DNA of 64,000 nucleotides from Candidatus Omnitrophota bacterium (GTDB lineage Bacteria; Omnitrophota; Omnitrophia; Omnitrophales; Aquincolibacteriaceae): NCBI GenBank assembly GCA_023247055.1, contig JAHFHF010000003.1, positions 36,367 to 100,366 of the forward strand, read 5' to 3'. Shown piece by piece: positions 54,644 to 64,000 of this stretch (position 1 is its first letter; each line of letters starts with the position of its first letter). The notes under the pieces were generated by a model. It saw only the letters and a program-made list of their open reading frames with translations, ran no database searches and was not told where the DNA came from. The position numbers and the translations under genes were made by a program.

Positions 54644-56204
54644 TTTTAATCTGGGTTTTCAAACGCAGGGCCGCCTTTTTCACCAGCTTCCTGCCGAGGA
54701 ACTTTATCAGCAGGCCTTGGCGCGCAAGGAAGCGAGCGCCAGCCGTGACGGCGCGCTTGTGGTTTTAACCGGCCCCTATACAGGCCGGCTGCCGCAGGCT
54801 AAATTTTTTGTGCGCGATGCGGTCACGGAAAAAACCATTGATTGGGGCAAGGTCAACCGGCCGGTGACGCCGGAAAAATTCAATGCGATTCTGGATAAAA
54901 CACGGCGATACCTGGAAACGAAAGAACTTTTTATCCAGGATGCGGCGGCAGGCGCCGATACCGCGCACCGGATTTCGCTGCGGCTCGTGACCGAGAGTGC
55001 CGTGCATGCGCTTTTTGCGCACGGCATGTTTATCCGCACGCCCGCTCTTTCAAGCGCACAGGGTCCTGACCTTACGATTTTGCATGCGCCCGGCCTGAAG
55101 CTGGACCCGGCGGGCGATGAACTCGGCTGCGATGCGTTTATTCTGATTCATTTTTCAAAGAAAATGATTTTGATCGGTGGTACGGGGTATGCCGGTGAAA
55201 TCAAGAAAGCGGTTTTTACCTGGATGAATTTTATCCTGCCTGACCAGGGCGTGCTGCCGCTGCATTCCTCGGCTAATTTCGCGCCCGGCGCATCCGAAAC
55301 TGCGCTTTTCTTCGGACTTTCCGGAACCGGCAAGACGACACTTTCGGCCGACCCGGAGCGGGTTCTGATCGGAGATGACGAACACGGCTGGAGCGATCAA
55401 GGCGTTTTTAATTTTGAAGGCGGCTGCTACGCCAAAGTCATCCGGCTTTCAGCCGAAAGCGAACCTGAGATTTATGCGGCCATCCACCGCCGCGGCACGA
55501 TTTTAGAAAATGTCGTCATGGACAGCGAAGGCAATCTTGATCTGGACAGCGAGAAAATCACGGAGAATACACGCGCTATTTATCCCGTTGATTTTATGCC
55601 GCACATGACGGTCGAAGGCCGAGGCGGCCATCCGCGGCACATCCTGATGCTGGCTTGTGATGCCTTCGGCGTCCTGCCACCGGTTTCGCGGTTGAGCCCG
55701 GATCAGGCCGTTTACCATTTTCTTTCCGGCTATACGGCCAAGGTGGCGGGAACGGAAGCCGGGGTCAAGGCCCCTCAAGCTACGTTCAGCGCCTGTTTCG
55801 GGGGTCCTTTTATGCCCCGGCCTGCGGCCCTTTACGCCGGCTTATTGCGTGATAGAATCTCCCGGCATAAAGCCGGAGTCTGGCTTTTGAACACCGGCTG
55901 GATCGGCGGCGCCTATGGGCAAGGGAAACGCATTCCGTTGACCTATACACGGGCCATGGTGAAAGCCATTTTATCCGGAGCGCTGGACAGCGCTTCTTAT
56001 GAGAAAGATCCGGTCTTCCGCACCGAGGTGCCCAAGAGTTGCCCCGGAGTGCCGGATGCGATTTTAGAACAAAAAAAGCTTTGGCCGGACCCGGCGGTTT
56101 ATAATGCGGCTGCCCGGAAACTGGCGGGCATGTTTAAACAAAATTTTGAGGCCACCGCCCATGCCAATCTGACCGGACTCGAAAACGCTGGTCCGGTGAT
56201 TTGA
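54636..56204 (+). CDS. pckA: Phosphoenolpyruvate carboxykinase (ATP)
   Basis: [25 protein letters not shown]. Confidence 0.9.
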   Translation: MNNFNLGFQTQGRLFHQLPAEELYQQALARKEASASRDGALVVLTGPYTGRLPQAKFFVRDAVTEKTIDWGKVNRPVTPEKFNAILDKTRRYLETKELFIQDAAAGADTAHRISLRLVTESAVHALFAHGMFIRTPALSSAQGPDLTILHAPGLKLDPAGDELGCDAFILIHFSKKMILIGGTGYAGEIKKAVFTWMNFILPDQGVLPLHSSANFAPGASETALFFGLSGTGKTTLSADPERVLIGDDEHGWSDQGVFNFEGGCYAKVIRLSAESEPEIYAAIHRRGTILENVVMDSEGNLDLDSEKITENTRAIYPVDFMPHMTVEGRGGHPRHILMLACDAFGVLPPVSRLSPDQAVYHFLSGYTAKVAGTEAGVKAPQATFSACFGGPFMPRPAALYAGLLRDRISRHKAGVWLLNTGWIGGAYGQGKRIPLTYTRAMVKAILSGALDSASYEKDPVFRTEVPKSCPGVPDAILEQKKLWPDPAVYNAAARKLAGMFKQNFEATAHANLTGLENAGPVI

Positions 56205-56230
56205 GTAATTATTAAAAATTCTTTTAGGCT

Positions 56231-56313
56231 TGTCATTCTGAACGGACACGATCAATTTGAATTCCGTGAAGAATCCCAAAGCGAGATCCTTCGCTTCGCT
56301 CAGGATGACAAAC
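56231..56313. repeat. MITE-like element TTGTCATTCTGAACGG…GAAGAATC…GAGATCCTTCGCTTCGCTCAGGATGACAAA (intergenic reference copy)
   Basis: Clear terminal inverted repeats. Same family as the moeA insertion. Confidence 0.75.
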
Positions 56314-56347
56314 ATCTAAAAGCGCAAATTTTAAGAAGGAGAAATCG

Positions 56348-56971
56348 ATGACGTCTTTATCCGTAGCTTCGAATACCGGCGAACTGAGAAGTCAAACGCT
56401 CTCAGCCGCCAAACAATTTAAAACGTCCTGGATCGAACTTGGGCAGTATCTTTTTACGATTCACAAAGACAAACTGTATAAAGCCTGGGGCTATTTGAGT
56501 TTTGAAACCTACTGCGCCAAAGAACTGGCTTTTAAACAAACAACGGCGGCCAAGCTGATTAAATCTTATGAGTTTCTGGAACGTGAAGAGCCGCGCCTGG
56601 CCGATGCGGCCAAAACCGAAGAAGTGCCTCCGGCGAATCTGCCGAATTATGAATCGGTTAATATTTTGCGTCTTGCTAAAAACAATGAAAAGCTGACGCC
56701 CGGCGATATTGAAAGCCTGCGCAAATCCGTGCTCGAAAAAGGCCGCGATCCGCAGGAAGTGCGCGCCCAGTTGAAACAAATCATGGACCAAAAAGACGCG
56801 GACCAGGAGCCGGATGTGTTAAGGGAGCAGCGCAAGACCGCGCTGATTAAACGGCTGACCTCCGCGCTCGAAAGCGCGCGGCGTGAAGTCGTGCAGGACA
56901 AATTGCTGCCCGCTTATTTGGTCAAGCAAATCGAAGATTTGAAAGCAAAGCTGGAAGATCACTTAAAATAA
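56348..56971 (+). CDS. Hypothetical protein
   Basis: 207-aa ORF with an AGGAGAAATCG RBS. Charged, coiled-coil-rich C-terminus. Confidence 0.4.
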   Translation: MTSLSVASNTGELRSQTLSAAKQFKTSWIELGQYLFTIHKDKLYKAWGYLSFETYCAKELAFKQTTAAKLIKSYEFLEREEPRLADAAKTEEVPPANLPNYESVNILRLAKNNEKLTPGDIESLRKSVLEKGRDPQEVRAQLKQIMDQKDADQEPDVLREQRKTALIKRLTSALESARREVVQDKLLPAYLVKQIEDLKAKLEDHLK

Positions 56972-57040
56972 TCCCACAGCTTACACGGGCTTCTGGCCCG
57001 TGAAGCGTGGTGCCGGAGCAAAGGCCTCAGGCCAAGGAGT

Positions 57041-57379
57041 TTGACCATGGTTCGTCCTTTTCAGCTGATTCTGGTGGTTGTCCTTTTGTGCGCAGGTATT
57101 TTGAGCGAAGCCGGTTCGGCTTGGGCCATTCAGGTTGCCAATAAAAGCGAACTTAAAATTGCCGCGGCTATTTTGCGCGTACAAGGCGAGCAGAAAAATT
57201 TGCTTTTTGTCAAAATTCTCCAGCCTGGGGCCACGCTTGACTTTACTCCCGAACAATCCGGGCCTTACCTGGTATCCGTTAAAATCTTTGATACGGATGA
57301 AACGCTCCGCATGAAAAAGGTGGCCGCCGACGCGGTGATCCATTATGAAAATGGAAAACTCAAGCGGTTGAAAAAATAA
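57041..57379 (+). CDS. Small secreted hypothetical protein
   Basis: Signal peptide. ~112 aa. Confidence 0.4.
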   Translation: MTMVRPFQLILVVVLLCAGILSEAGSAWAIQVANKSELKIAAAILRVQGEQKNLLFVKILQPGATLDFTPEQSGPYLVSVKIFDTDETLRMKKVAADAVIHYENGKLKRLKK

Positions 57380-57618
57380 TCCCGCCTTGCGCAAGCCGAA
57401 GCATCGGCCTGCTTCTTAATTTTTTTTAATAAAAAAACACGCATTTAACGGCAGTTTAAATTAAAGTGTTTTAATAAATTAAACACTTTTAATTTACTAA
57501 TTAAATACTTTAAAAATAGATTGACGCTGTGATATTGCGGCGTTATCTTACACCCATCAAGTTTGCTTCATACGTTACGCTGACATACAGACCCTTAAAA
57601 CGTTCGAAAATGGGGAGA

Positions 57619-58059
57619 TTTATGCGCCGGAAACCTGAAGATCTTGTCGATTTTAATACCGTTTCCATGGAACGTGCAGAGTCCTTCCTGGATTTCAACT
57701 CCGAAAGCGTCACAGTCCAGGAATCCCACCATGCCATGCATATCCTGACATTCTTTCTTTTCATCATGAACCTCTTGGAGAAGAACCAGCCGGTGCGTAA
57801 GGTCCTGGTTGACCGCGTTATTTTCCATCTGCTGAACTTGCGCGAGTTCATCCAAGATACCCGGATGGGCGACCGTGTGACCGATTTAAGCGCCAGCATC
57901 AGTCTGGCTTATGATGATTTTTTTCCAGGCGGTTCTGCCGAAACTCCCAGTGGTTTTCCGGTCGCGCAGTGGCTGGAAGCGCAGGAGGGGGCGATCCTCG
58001 AATTGGCGCGCCATTACGGCAAAGAATCCGTTTTTCAGGGCCTGACCCGGGCGGCTTGA
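57619..58059 (+). CDS. Hypothetical protein
   Basis: RBS GGGGAG before ATG 57619. An upstream in-frame ATG lies at 57529. Confidence 0.35.
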   Translation, partial: FMRRKPEDLVDFNTVSMERAESFLDFNSESVTVQESHHAMHILTFFLFIMNLLEKNQPVRKVLVDRVIFHLLNLREFIQDTRMGDRVTDLSASISLAYDDFFPGGSAETPSGFPVAQWLEAQEGAILELARHYGKESVFQGLTRAA

Positions 58060-58162
58060 TTTCACCCACGCAATTTGATAGACTTCCTTCCTGATTGACC
58101 CAATACGACCCGGCTTATTTCTGCCGCAATTTTTTAGCGAAACCGCACAGAGGAGAATTTTC

Positions 58163-58645
58163 ATGAATAGAAAGTTTCTAACATTGGCACTCGCCGTTTT
58201 TGCAGTATTGTTCATGACGACCGGCTGTTCCCGCAATAAACAAGTCAAAGCTTTGCAGGCGCAAGTCGGCGTGATCACAGATGAACTCGTGCGCCTGGAT
58301 GAGTCACTCCAGGAAACGCGCGCAGCCATTCAAGATGAAGAAGGGCACCGCAATCAGCTTCAGAGTGACCTGAGCCAATCCGAAGGCCGCTTGGGCACAC
58401 TTTATGAAGAGGAAAAAGTCATTGAAGGCATGTATCGCACGCCTTCCGGCTTTACACTGCCCTCGGCTCAAATCCAACAGGCTTTGAAAAATGCCGGTTA
58501 TTATCAGGGCAAACTTGATGGTAAAGTTGGGGCTCAGACGCGTGCCGCCATTAAAGCCTTTCAAAAGGACAACGGCCTGACGGCTGATGGTGTTTGCGGC
58601 CGCAAGACCTGGGCGCAGTTGAAGTCTTATCTCGGAACAAAATAA
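58163..58645 (+). CDS. Lipoprotein with a C-terminal peptidoglycan-binding (PG_binding_1-like) domain
   Basis: Lipobox MTTGCS. Coiled-coil region. C-terminus …GKLDGKVGAQTRAAIKAFQKDNGLTADGVCGRKTW. Confidence 0.6.
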   Translation: MNRKFLTLALAVFAVLFMTTGCSRNKQVKALQAQVGVITDELVRLDESLQETRAAIQDEEGHRNQLQSDLSQSEGRLGTLYEEEKVIEGMYRTPSGFTLPSAQIQQALKNAGYYQGKLDGKVGAQTRAAIKAFQKDNGLTADGVCGRKTWAQLKSYLGTK

Positions 58646-58700
58646 GTTAGAGTTCCAACAGGGACAGGTCCAAAAATATGGACCTGTCCCTTTCTACTTA

Positions 58701-58735
58701 AACGCCAGCTTCTTCCGGGAAGCTGGCGTTTTTTT
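58701..58735 (+). terminator. Rho-independent terminator
   Basis: aacgccagcttc-ttccgg-gaagctggcgtt followed by 7 Ts. A second hairpin gggacaggtcc…ggacctgtccc precedes it at 58661-58690. Confidence 0.8.
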
Positions 58736-58928
58736 CCGAAGTGCGATTGGCGCCATCAGCGCCAACGGCACGCCGGTCTCTGTCTCCGACGGAGATACGG
58801 ATAGGTATCAAAAAATGATCTTTTTGTTTGCAACTTAAGCATCTCAAGGATATCTTTTATCATAGCTGATCTTGCGCCATCTTCAGTTAACGGCGAGGCC
58901 TATTTGCAGCGGGGAGTTTTTTAAAAGA

Positions 58929-59477
58929 ATGTATCATCCTGATTTTGATCGTACCCACAACATCACTCCGGGCAAACATCTTTATCAGTTTTACCGGGAT
59001 AAAACGGACTATTTGTCTCTGATGACCGCTTATTTTCGTGCGGGGCTGGCCCAAAGGCACGCCTGTCTGTGGCTTGTAGCGCATCATGTCGGCGATGAAA
59101 ATGCTTACCGTGCTTTAAAGGCGCAAATGGTGGACCTGGATTTGTATATAGATACCGGGGCCATGGCGATTCATTCCGCCGAAGACTGGTATTTGAGCGC
59201 CGGGCGCTTTGACGGCGATCAAGCCAGCCAGAATGCCGGCCGGGAATATGAGCGCATCAAAGCCGCCGGTTTTTCGATCCTGCGCGGTTCTGGAGACGTT
59301 GCCGCGATTCCGCTCGAAGACTGGGCAAAGCTGCATGCCTATGAATGCCGTATCGGCCCCTGGATCAATCAGAATCACGTGATCGGCCTATGCGCTTACC
59401 CTATTGCCCAATGCACCCTCAGTCAGACCAAGCACGTGCTGGAAACGCACGACGACGTTTTAGTCGGAACTCTCTAA
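58929..59477 (+). CDS. MEDS-domain (DcmR-like sensory) protein
   Basis: HLYQFYRDKTDYLSLMTAYFRAGLAQRHACLWL matches the MEDS N-terminal pattern. Confidence 0.45.
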   Translation: MYHPDFDRTHNITPGKHLYQFYRDKTDYLSLMTAYFRAGLAQRHACLWLVAHHVGDENAYRALKAQMVDLDLYIDTGAMAIHSAEDWYLSAGRFDGDQASQNAGREYERIKAAGFSILRGSGDVAAIPLEDWAKLHAYECRIGPWINQNHVIGLCAYPIAQCTLSQTKHVLETHDDVLVGTL

Positions 59478-59485
59478 AATAAAAT

Positions 59486-60700
59486 GTGCTAAAATGCCGT
59501 ATGATTTTTTCACGGCAGCTCCTCGTTCTGCTTTTTATCCTGGCTTGCTGTCCTGCTCCCGGCTTTAGCGCTGAAGTTGAAATTAAAAAATCCAAACTGG
59601 ATATTCCGCAGGACATTGTCAAAAGCCTGCAGATCCGTGTTTCTTTGGGCCAGGAAAAACCGAAAGTTGTTCTTTCAACCCAAACGCCTTTTAAAGTTTT
59701 TGATGGGGAAGGACGGCTGCTTTTTCAGGGCAGCCAGATTGAGAAAACCGCGGTTTTTGCCCAAGAGGGGCAAATTTTTCTGGGCCGGCAGTCTTTTAAA
59801 CGCCTGCCCCTGGTGCTGGATTCCGGGAAATCCGTGCTGCAACTTGATCAGCGGACCTATCGCGATATCCTGGAATTTTCCATGCTGCCAGACGGCCGCC
59901 TGCTGATTGTCAATGAACTTGACTTGGAAGATTATCTTCGCGGCGTGCTTCCCTGGGAAGCGAATCCAGGCTGGAAGCCTGAAGCTTTAAAGGCGCAGGC
60001 TGTGGCATCGCGAACTTACGCGCTTTTCAAAATGATCGAAAATCGCGGGGAATCTTTCGCCGTATCCAGTGATGTGATCAGTCAGGTCTATGGCGGAGTC
60101 ACCCTTGAAAAAACGTCCACCAATCAGGCCATTGATGCGACGGAGGGGCAAATTCTGGTCTATAAAGGAAAAATTTTTCCTGCTTTTTTTCACTCGACGT
60201 GCGGCGGTCATACCACGCGTGCTGAAAATGCCTGGCCCATCGAACCGCATCCTTCGCTCCGCGGAGGATCTTGCGGTTTCTGCAATGAGTCCCCGCATTA
60301 CCGCTGGAAAGTCTCTTTGACGGAACAGGAATTGCGGACGGTGCTTAAAAAAATGGGCTATAACGTCACTTCCATTCTTAAGCTAAGCGCCAAAGATATC
60401 GATGAGAGCGGCCGTGCCCGCTTTTTTGAGATTAAATATCCGGCTGGAAAGATCAAAATTCCGGCCAATGATTTCCGGCTGGCGGTCAGCCCCATGAAAA
60501 TGAAAAGTGTTTTTCTCCGGCAGATTACGCATGAGGGCCATACCTTTACGCTGGCCGGCCGCGGCTGGGGCCATGGCGTTGGCTTATGCCAGTATGGCAT
60601 TAAAAAAATGGCGGAACTCGGCTATACCTACCGCCAGATTCTGGAATATTATTATCCAGGCTCTGAAATTAGGGTTCTGGCAGCGCCGGAACTGGGTTGA
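59486..60700 (+). CDS. SpoIID/LytB-domain protein
   Basis: …EDYLRGVLPWEANPGWKPEALKAQAVASRTYA…FHSTCGGHT…. Confidence 0.8.
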   Translation: MLKCRMIFSRQLLVLLFILACCPAPGFSAEVEIKKSKLDIPQDIVKSLQIRVSLGQEKPKVVLSTQTPFKVFDGEGRLLFQGSQIEKTAVFAQEGQIFLGRQSFKRLPLVLDSGKSVLQLDQRTYRDILEFSMLPDGRLLIVNELDLEDYLRGVLPWEANPGWKPEALKAQAVASRTYALFKMIENRGESFAVSSDVISQVYGGVTLEKTSTNQAIDATEGQILVYKGKIFPAFFHSTCGGHTTRAENAWPIEPHPSLRGGSCGFCNESPHYRWKVSLTEQELRTVLKKMGYNVTSILKLSAKDIDESGRARFFEIKYPAGKIKIPANDFRLAVSPMKMKSVFLRQITHEGHTFTLAGRGWGHGVGLCQYGIKKMAELGYTYRQILEYYYPGSEIRVLAAPELG

Positions 60701-60871
60701 ACCTTCGCAGGCCTCCTTTCTTGCAACTAGCAGCTGGCATTAACGTTTCGACTTCGTTCAGTCCCCTAAAAAGCCTCCTTTGGCAGCGGTTTTAGCGTAG
60801 AAAACAGTATTACTTTGACGCTAAGACCTATTTCCTGCTATCTTTTATTAGGGAAAAAAGCGGAGGCCAAA

Positions 60872-61507
60872 GTGCCAAAAGCGAAACAAAGGCTCGAGTG
60901 GGTTTTGGTGCTTGCGGTCTGGGCAGTCGTGATTGCTGGGGGCGAAAGTATTCTTTTGAATTATGAGATCCGGCCCGGTTCTCCGGCCCAGCCGCCGCAG
61001 ACATGGCCCTTGGAAACGGACATTCAAAAGAGTCCGGAGCGCGCGGCGCTTTTAATGTTTGTTCATCCGCGCTGCCCTTGTTCGCGGGCCAGCCTTGAAG
61101 AATTGGCCCGCCTGACAGCGCGCTGCGGGGAGAAAGCCGACATCCAGATTATTTTTCTAAGTCCGGGAAAGCAGCCGGCTTCCTGGACTAAAACAGATCT
61201 TTGGGAAAAAGCCGGCGCGATTCCCGGCGTCCAGGTGAGGCTGGATAAAAACGGCAAAGAAGCAAAGCATTTCCGGGTTTCGACCTCCGGTCAAACGCTT
61301 CTTTACGGCAGGGACGGACAGCTGTTATTCAATGGCGGCATTACCGCATCCCGGGGGCATTCGGGGGATAATGCGGGCCGCAGCGCGCTGGAGGATCTTC
61401 TTCTCAAAGGGGCTTCAGAGCGCAGCCGGACGCCGGTATTTGGATGTTCTTTAATTGACCAGCGGGCGGGTTTTTTCGAAAGGTTTTTATCCTTATGGAA
61501 AAAATAA
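60872..61507 (+). CDS. Membrane-anchored thioredoxin-fold-like hypothetical protein (CPC motif)
   Basis: A TM helix, then …LLMFVHPRCPCSRASLEEL… GTG start with a GGAGG RBS. ATG 60815 is an alternative. Confidence 0.35.
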   Translation: MPKAKQRLEWVLVLAVWAVVIAGGESILLNYEIRPGSPAQPPQTWPLETDIQKSPERAALLMFVHPRCPCSRASLEELARLTARCGEKADIQIIFLSPGKQPASWTKTDLWEKAGAIPGVQVRLDKNGKEAKHFRVSTSGQTLLYGRDGQLLFNGGITASRGHSGDNAGRSALEDLLLKGASERSRTPVFGCSLIDQRAGFFERFLSLWKK

Positions 61508-63071
61508 AGCAAAGACTCCACTATGAAGAAAAAGTCGCGGCGCGCGCTTTAGTTTTATTCGAAGAACACCGCCTGCAGATTAACAAAAATACAGACCGTT
61601 TGTTTGCATGGCTTATGATTTTTCAGTGGATCGCCGGCATTGCCGCGGCCATTTGGATATCACCCAGGACCTGGTCGGGCCAATTCAGCCAGGTCCATCT
61701 GCATGTCTATGCCGCGGTATTCCTCGGAGGCGCCATCACCTTTTTACCGGCGATTCTCGGTTTTGTCCGCAGCGGGGAGACATCTACCCGCTACGTGATT
61801 GCGGTCTCTCAAATGCTGATGTCTGCACTGCTCATCCACTTGAGCGGCGGCCGCATCGAAACTCATTTTCATGTTTTTGGTTCATTGGCTTTTCTGGCCT
61901 TTTATCGCGACTGGAAAGTGCTGATTCCCGCCACGCTGATCGTGGCTTTTGACCATTGGCTGCGCGGAGCGTATTGGCCGCAGTCCGTTTACGGCACGCT
62001 GGTGGTCAGCTATTGGCGCTGGCTGGAACACGCGGGATGGGTTGTTTTTGAAGATGTCTTCCTCATAATGTCCTGTCTTCAAGGGGTCAAAGAAATGCAC
62101 AGTATTGCCCAGCGGACGGCGGAACTGGAAATGACCAATCAGGTCATCGAGGCCAAAGTGCAGGAGCGGACCCAGGAACTGATCACAGCCAAAGAGAGCC
62201 TTGAAGATGAAATCGAAGGCCGCAAAAAACTGGAAGGCATGGTGATCCAGTCTGAGAAAATGGCCGCAGTCGGTCAACTGGCCGCAGGCATCGCCCATGA
62301 AATTAATAACCCGGTCGGGTTCATCGGCAACAACCTGTCTGTCCTTTCAAAGTATACGGTCTCATTCAGGGTCCTGTTGGACAAAGCCAAAGCCCTTCAG
62401 GAAGCCGTGATGCAAAAGACAATGCCGCTGCCGGAAGACTTATCGAGGAAATCACGTCGCTCGAAAGTAAACTCAATCTTGAGTATATCCGCGGCGATGT
62501 CGACCCGCTGCTTTCAGAATCGCAGGAAGGCATCGAGCGGATCAAAAAAATTGTCAACGATTTGCGCACTTTCGCGCGTTCAGACAGCGAGTCGCGCGAA
62601 AACGCGGATTTGAACCAGATTATTGACCGGGCTGCGAATATTGTTTGGAATGAAATCAAATATAAAGCTCAATTACAAAAAAGCTACGACAGCAGCCTTC
62701 CCCTGATTTCATGCGACACGCAGCAGATCGGACAGGTTGTTGTCAATCTGCTGATCAACGCCATCCAGGCCATTCCGGATAAAGGGGTGATTTCGATCCG
62801 GACGTATGAACAAAACGGCTGGGTTTGCGCAGACATCAAAGATACGGGGACGGGCATCCAGCCTGAAATCCTCAGTAAGATTTTCAATCCCTTTTTCACA
62901 ACCAAAGAAGCAGGCAAAGGAACGGGCCTGGGATTGAGCATCAGCCATGAAATTATGAAAAAATACGCCGGCAAAATTGAAGTCCAGAGCGAGCCCGGCC
63001 GAGGCAGTCTTTTCACCCTTTCTTTCCCTGCAGCCGCTTCAAAGCCATTTTCCTTAACCGCTTCTACTTAA
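61495..63071 (+). pseudogene. Sensor histidine kinase (multi-TM N-terminal domain + HisKA + HATPase_c) interrupted by a frameshift near 62400-62435
   Basis: The frame-A ORF ends in the nonsense tail …LSRKSRRSKVNS… The +2 frame reads …AAAGRLIEEITSLESKLNLEYIRGDV…DLRTFARSD and runs straight into the HATPase_c ORF 62562..63071. HEINNPVGF H-box and GTGLGLSIS G2 box. Confidence 0.65.
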
Positions 63072-63217
63072 AGAACTTGCGCTGATTTAACCCTGACATT
63101 TGTTCCGCTTGACTTATGGCCTTAAACCAGGCATGGTTTGTACAGAAGGCTTGAAATGCTTAGAATGCTTAAAATGCTGATGGAGTCTAGCCGCACCTAA
63201 GCCAGCGGGGGATAACG

Positions 63218-63856
63218 ATGGAAAAAGAAACGTCGCGAGAACTCAAGACCAAAGACATTTTGACCACCGGACAAATTGCCAAATTTTGCTGCGTGGATCC
63301 GAGAACCGTGCACCGCTGGATCCGTCAAAAACTGCTGCCGTCGCATGAACTTCCCATTACAAAATTTCAACGCGTTCAGGTCAAAGACTTTTTGAATTTT
63401 CTCAAAGAACAGGGCCTGCCGGTACCCGAGGCGCTCAAGAAAGTTGCGAAATACCGCATTCTCATTGTGGACGATGATCCGGGCATGATCAATGCCATGC
63501 GGCGCATTTTGTCCAGTTTTCAGAAAGAAGACTACGAATTTGAAACCGCATGTGACGGTTTTGCCGCAGGGTGCGCCATCCAGAAATTTCAGCCTGACCT
63601 CATCGTTCTCGATTTAAAAATGCCCCGCATGGACGGGATGGAAGTTTGCCGTCAAATCCGCTCCAATCCGGACATGCAGGGCATTAAAATTCTGGCCGTA
63701 TCCGGCATGATCTCGCTCGGGGTCAGCAGTGAAGAGGACCGGCGGAAAATTATTAAGTTGGGAGCCGATGATTTTTTAGAAAAGCCGTTTGCCGAGCAGG
63801 TTTTAAAAGACCGGGTCTTGCAGCTGCTTTTCGGAAAGGAGCGCGGCCATGAATAA
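63218..63856 (+). CDS. Response regulator with an N-terminal MerR/excisionase-type HTH and a C-terminal receiver domain
   Basis: …ILIVDDDPGM…DLKMPRMDGMEV…. Confidence 0.65.
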   Translation: MEKETSRELKTKDILTTGQIAKFCCVDPRTVHRWIRQKLLPSHELPITKFQRVQVKDFLNFLKEQGLPVPEALKKVAKYRILIVDDDPGMINAMRRILSSFQKEDYEFETACDGFAAGCAIQKFQPDLIVLDLKMPRMDGMEVCRQIRSNPDMQGIKILAVSGMISLGVSSEEDRRKIIKLGADDFLEKPFAEQVLKDRVLQLLFGKERGHE

Positions 63857-64000
63857 AGAGACCAGTATTGTCATTTTGGATGATGAAATCAATATTTTGC
63901 ATTCGCTGACCCGCGCATTCCGCGAAGAATCGTTCGGGCTCTTTACGACGACCCAGCCGGAAGAGGCCCTGCAAGTGCTCCAGCGCGAGAATGTCAAAGT
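63853..64000 (+). CDS. Response regulator receiver protein (5' part; continues beyond the window)
   Basis: IVILDDEINILHSLTRAF…. Confidence 0.5.

Overview
This is a 64-kb bacterial chromosomal window with about 52-55% GC. It has no rRNA, tRNA or CRISPR, and almost every gene in the first 23 kb is on the + strand.

(1) Positions 1-23.4 kb hold one co-directional nitrate-assimilation and molybdenum-cofactor supercluster. It starts with the 3' end of a GAF-ANTAR regulator. Next come an alginate-export-type outer-membrane porin, the nrtABCD-like nitrate ABC transporter, a chlorite-dismutase-family heme protein, nirBD, a fused ferredoxin-type iron-sulfur/NrfD-like membrane protein, a NasA/NarB-type nitrate reductase, an NNP-family nitrate/nitrite MFS transporter, pyruvate kinase, moaA-moaD-moaE-moeA-mobB-mobA-moaC-mog and a TauE/SafE-family permease.

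(2) Positions 23.8-26.5 kb hold a HigB/HigA-type toxin-antitoxin pair, a conserved non-coding motif pair, a small secreted peptide gene and a pseudouridine synthase.

(3) Positions 26.7-36.1 kb hold central-metabolism genes: CBS-domain proteins, 2-oxoacid:ferredoxin oxidoreductase korAB, a thermonuclease, frdCAB/sdhCAB-type succinate:quinone oxidoreductase and YceI.

(4) Positions 36.15-38.14 kb hold a bufferin-like RiPP cluster. A DUF2282 Cys-rich secreted precursor is followed by one protein that fuses a DUF692 (MNIO) domain to a DUF2063 domain. This is my best candidate for the flagged system.

(5) The - strand then carries a small secreted protein, a sodium:solute symporter (SSF), anmK, murQ and a pyruvyl transferase flanked by a duplicated murQ 5' fragment.

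(6) Positions 43.9-49.3 kb hold a TolC-like/MacAB-type efflux system with a TPR/zinc-ribbon protein.

(7) After that come VapBC, an acidic Cys-rich secreted protein, a second HigBA paralog bracketed by a duplicated terminator, nagZ, a NYN/YacP protein, a YopX-like protein, pckA, several hypotheticals, a MEDS-domain protein, SpoIID, a frameshifted histidine kinase and two response regulators.

The window is saturated with several families of short inverted-repeat (MITE/REP-like) elements. One sits in-frame inside moeA, and others supply the 5' or 3' tails of called ORFs. All calls rest on reading the sequence and ORF translations by eye. No database search was run.
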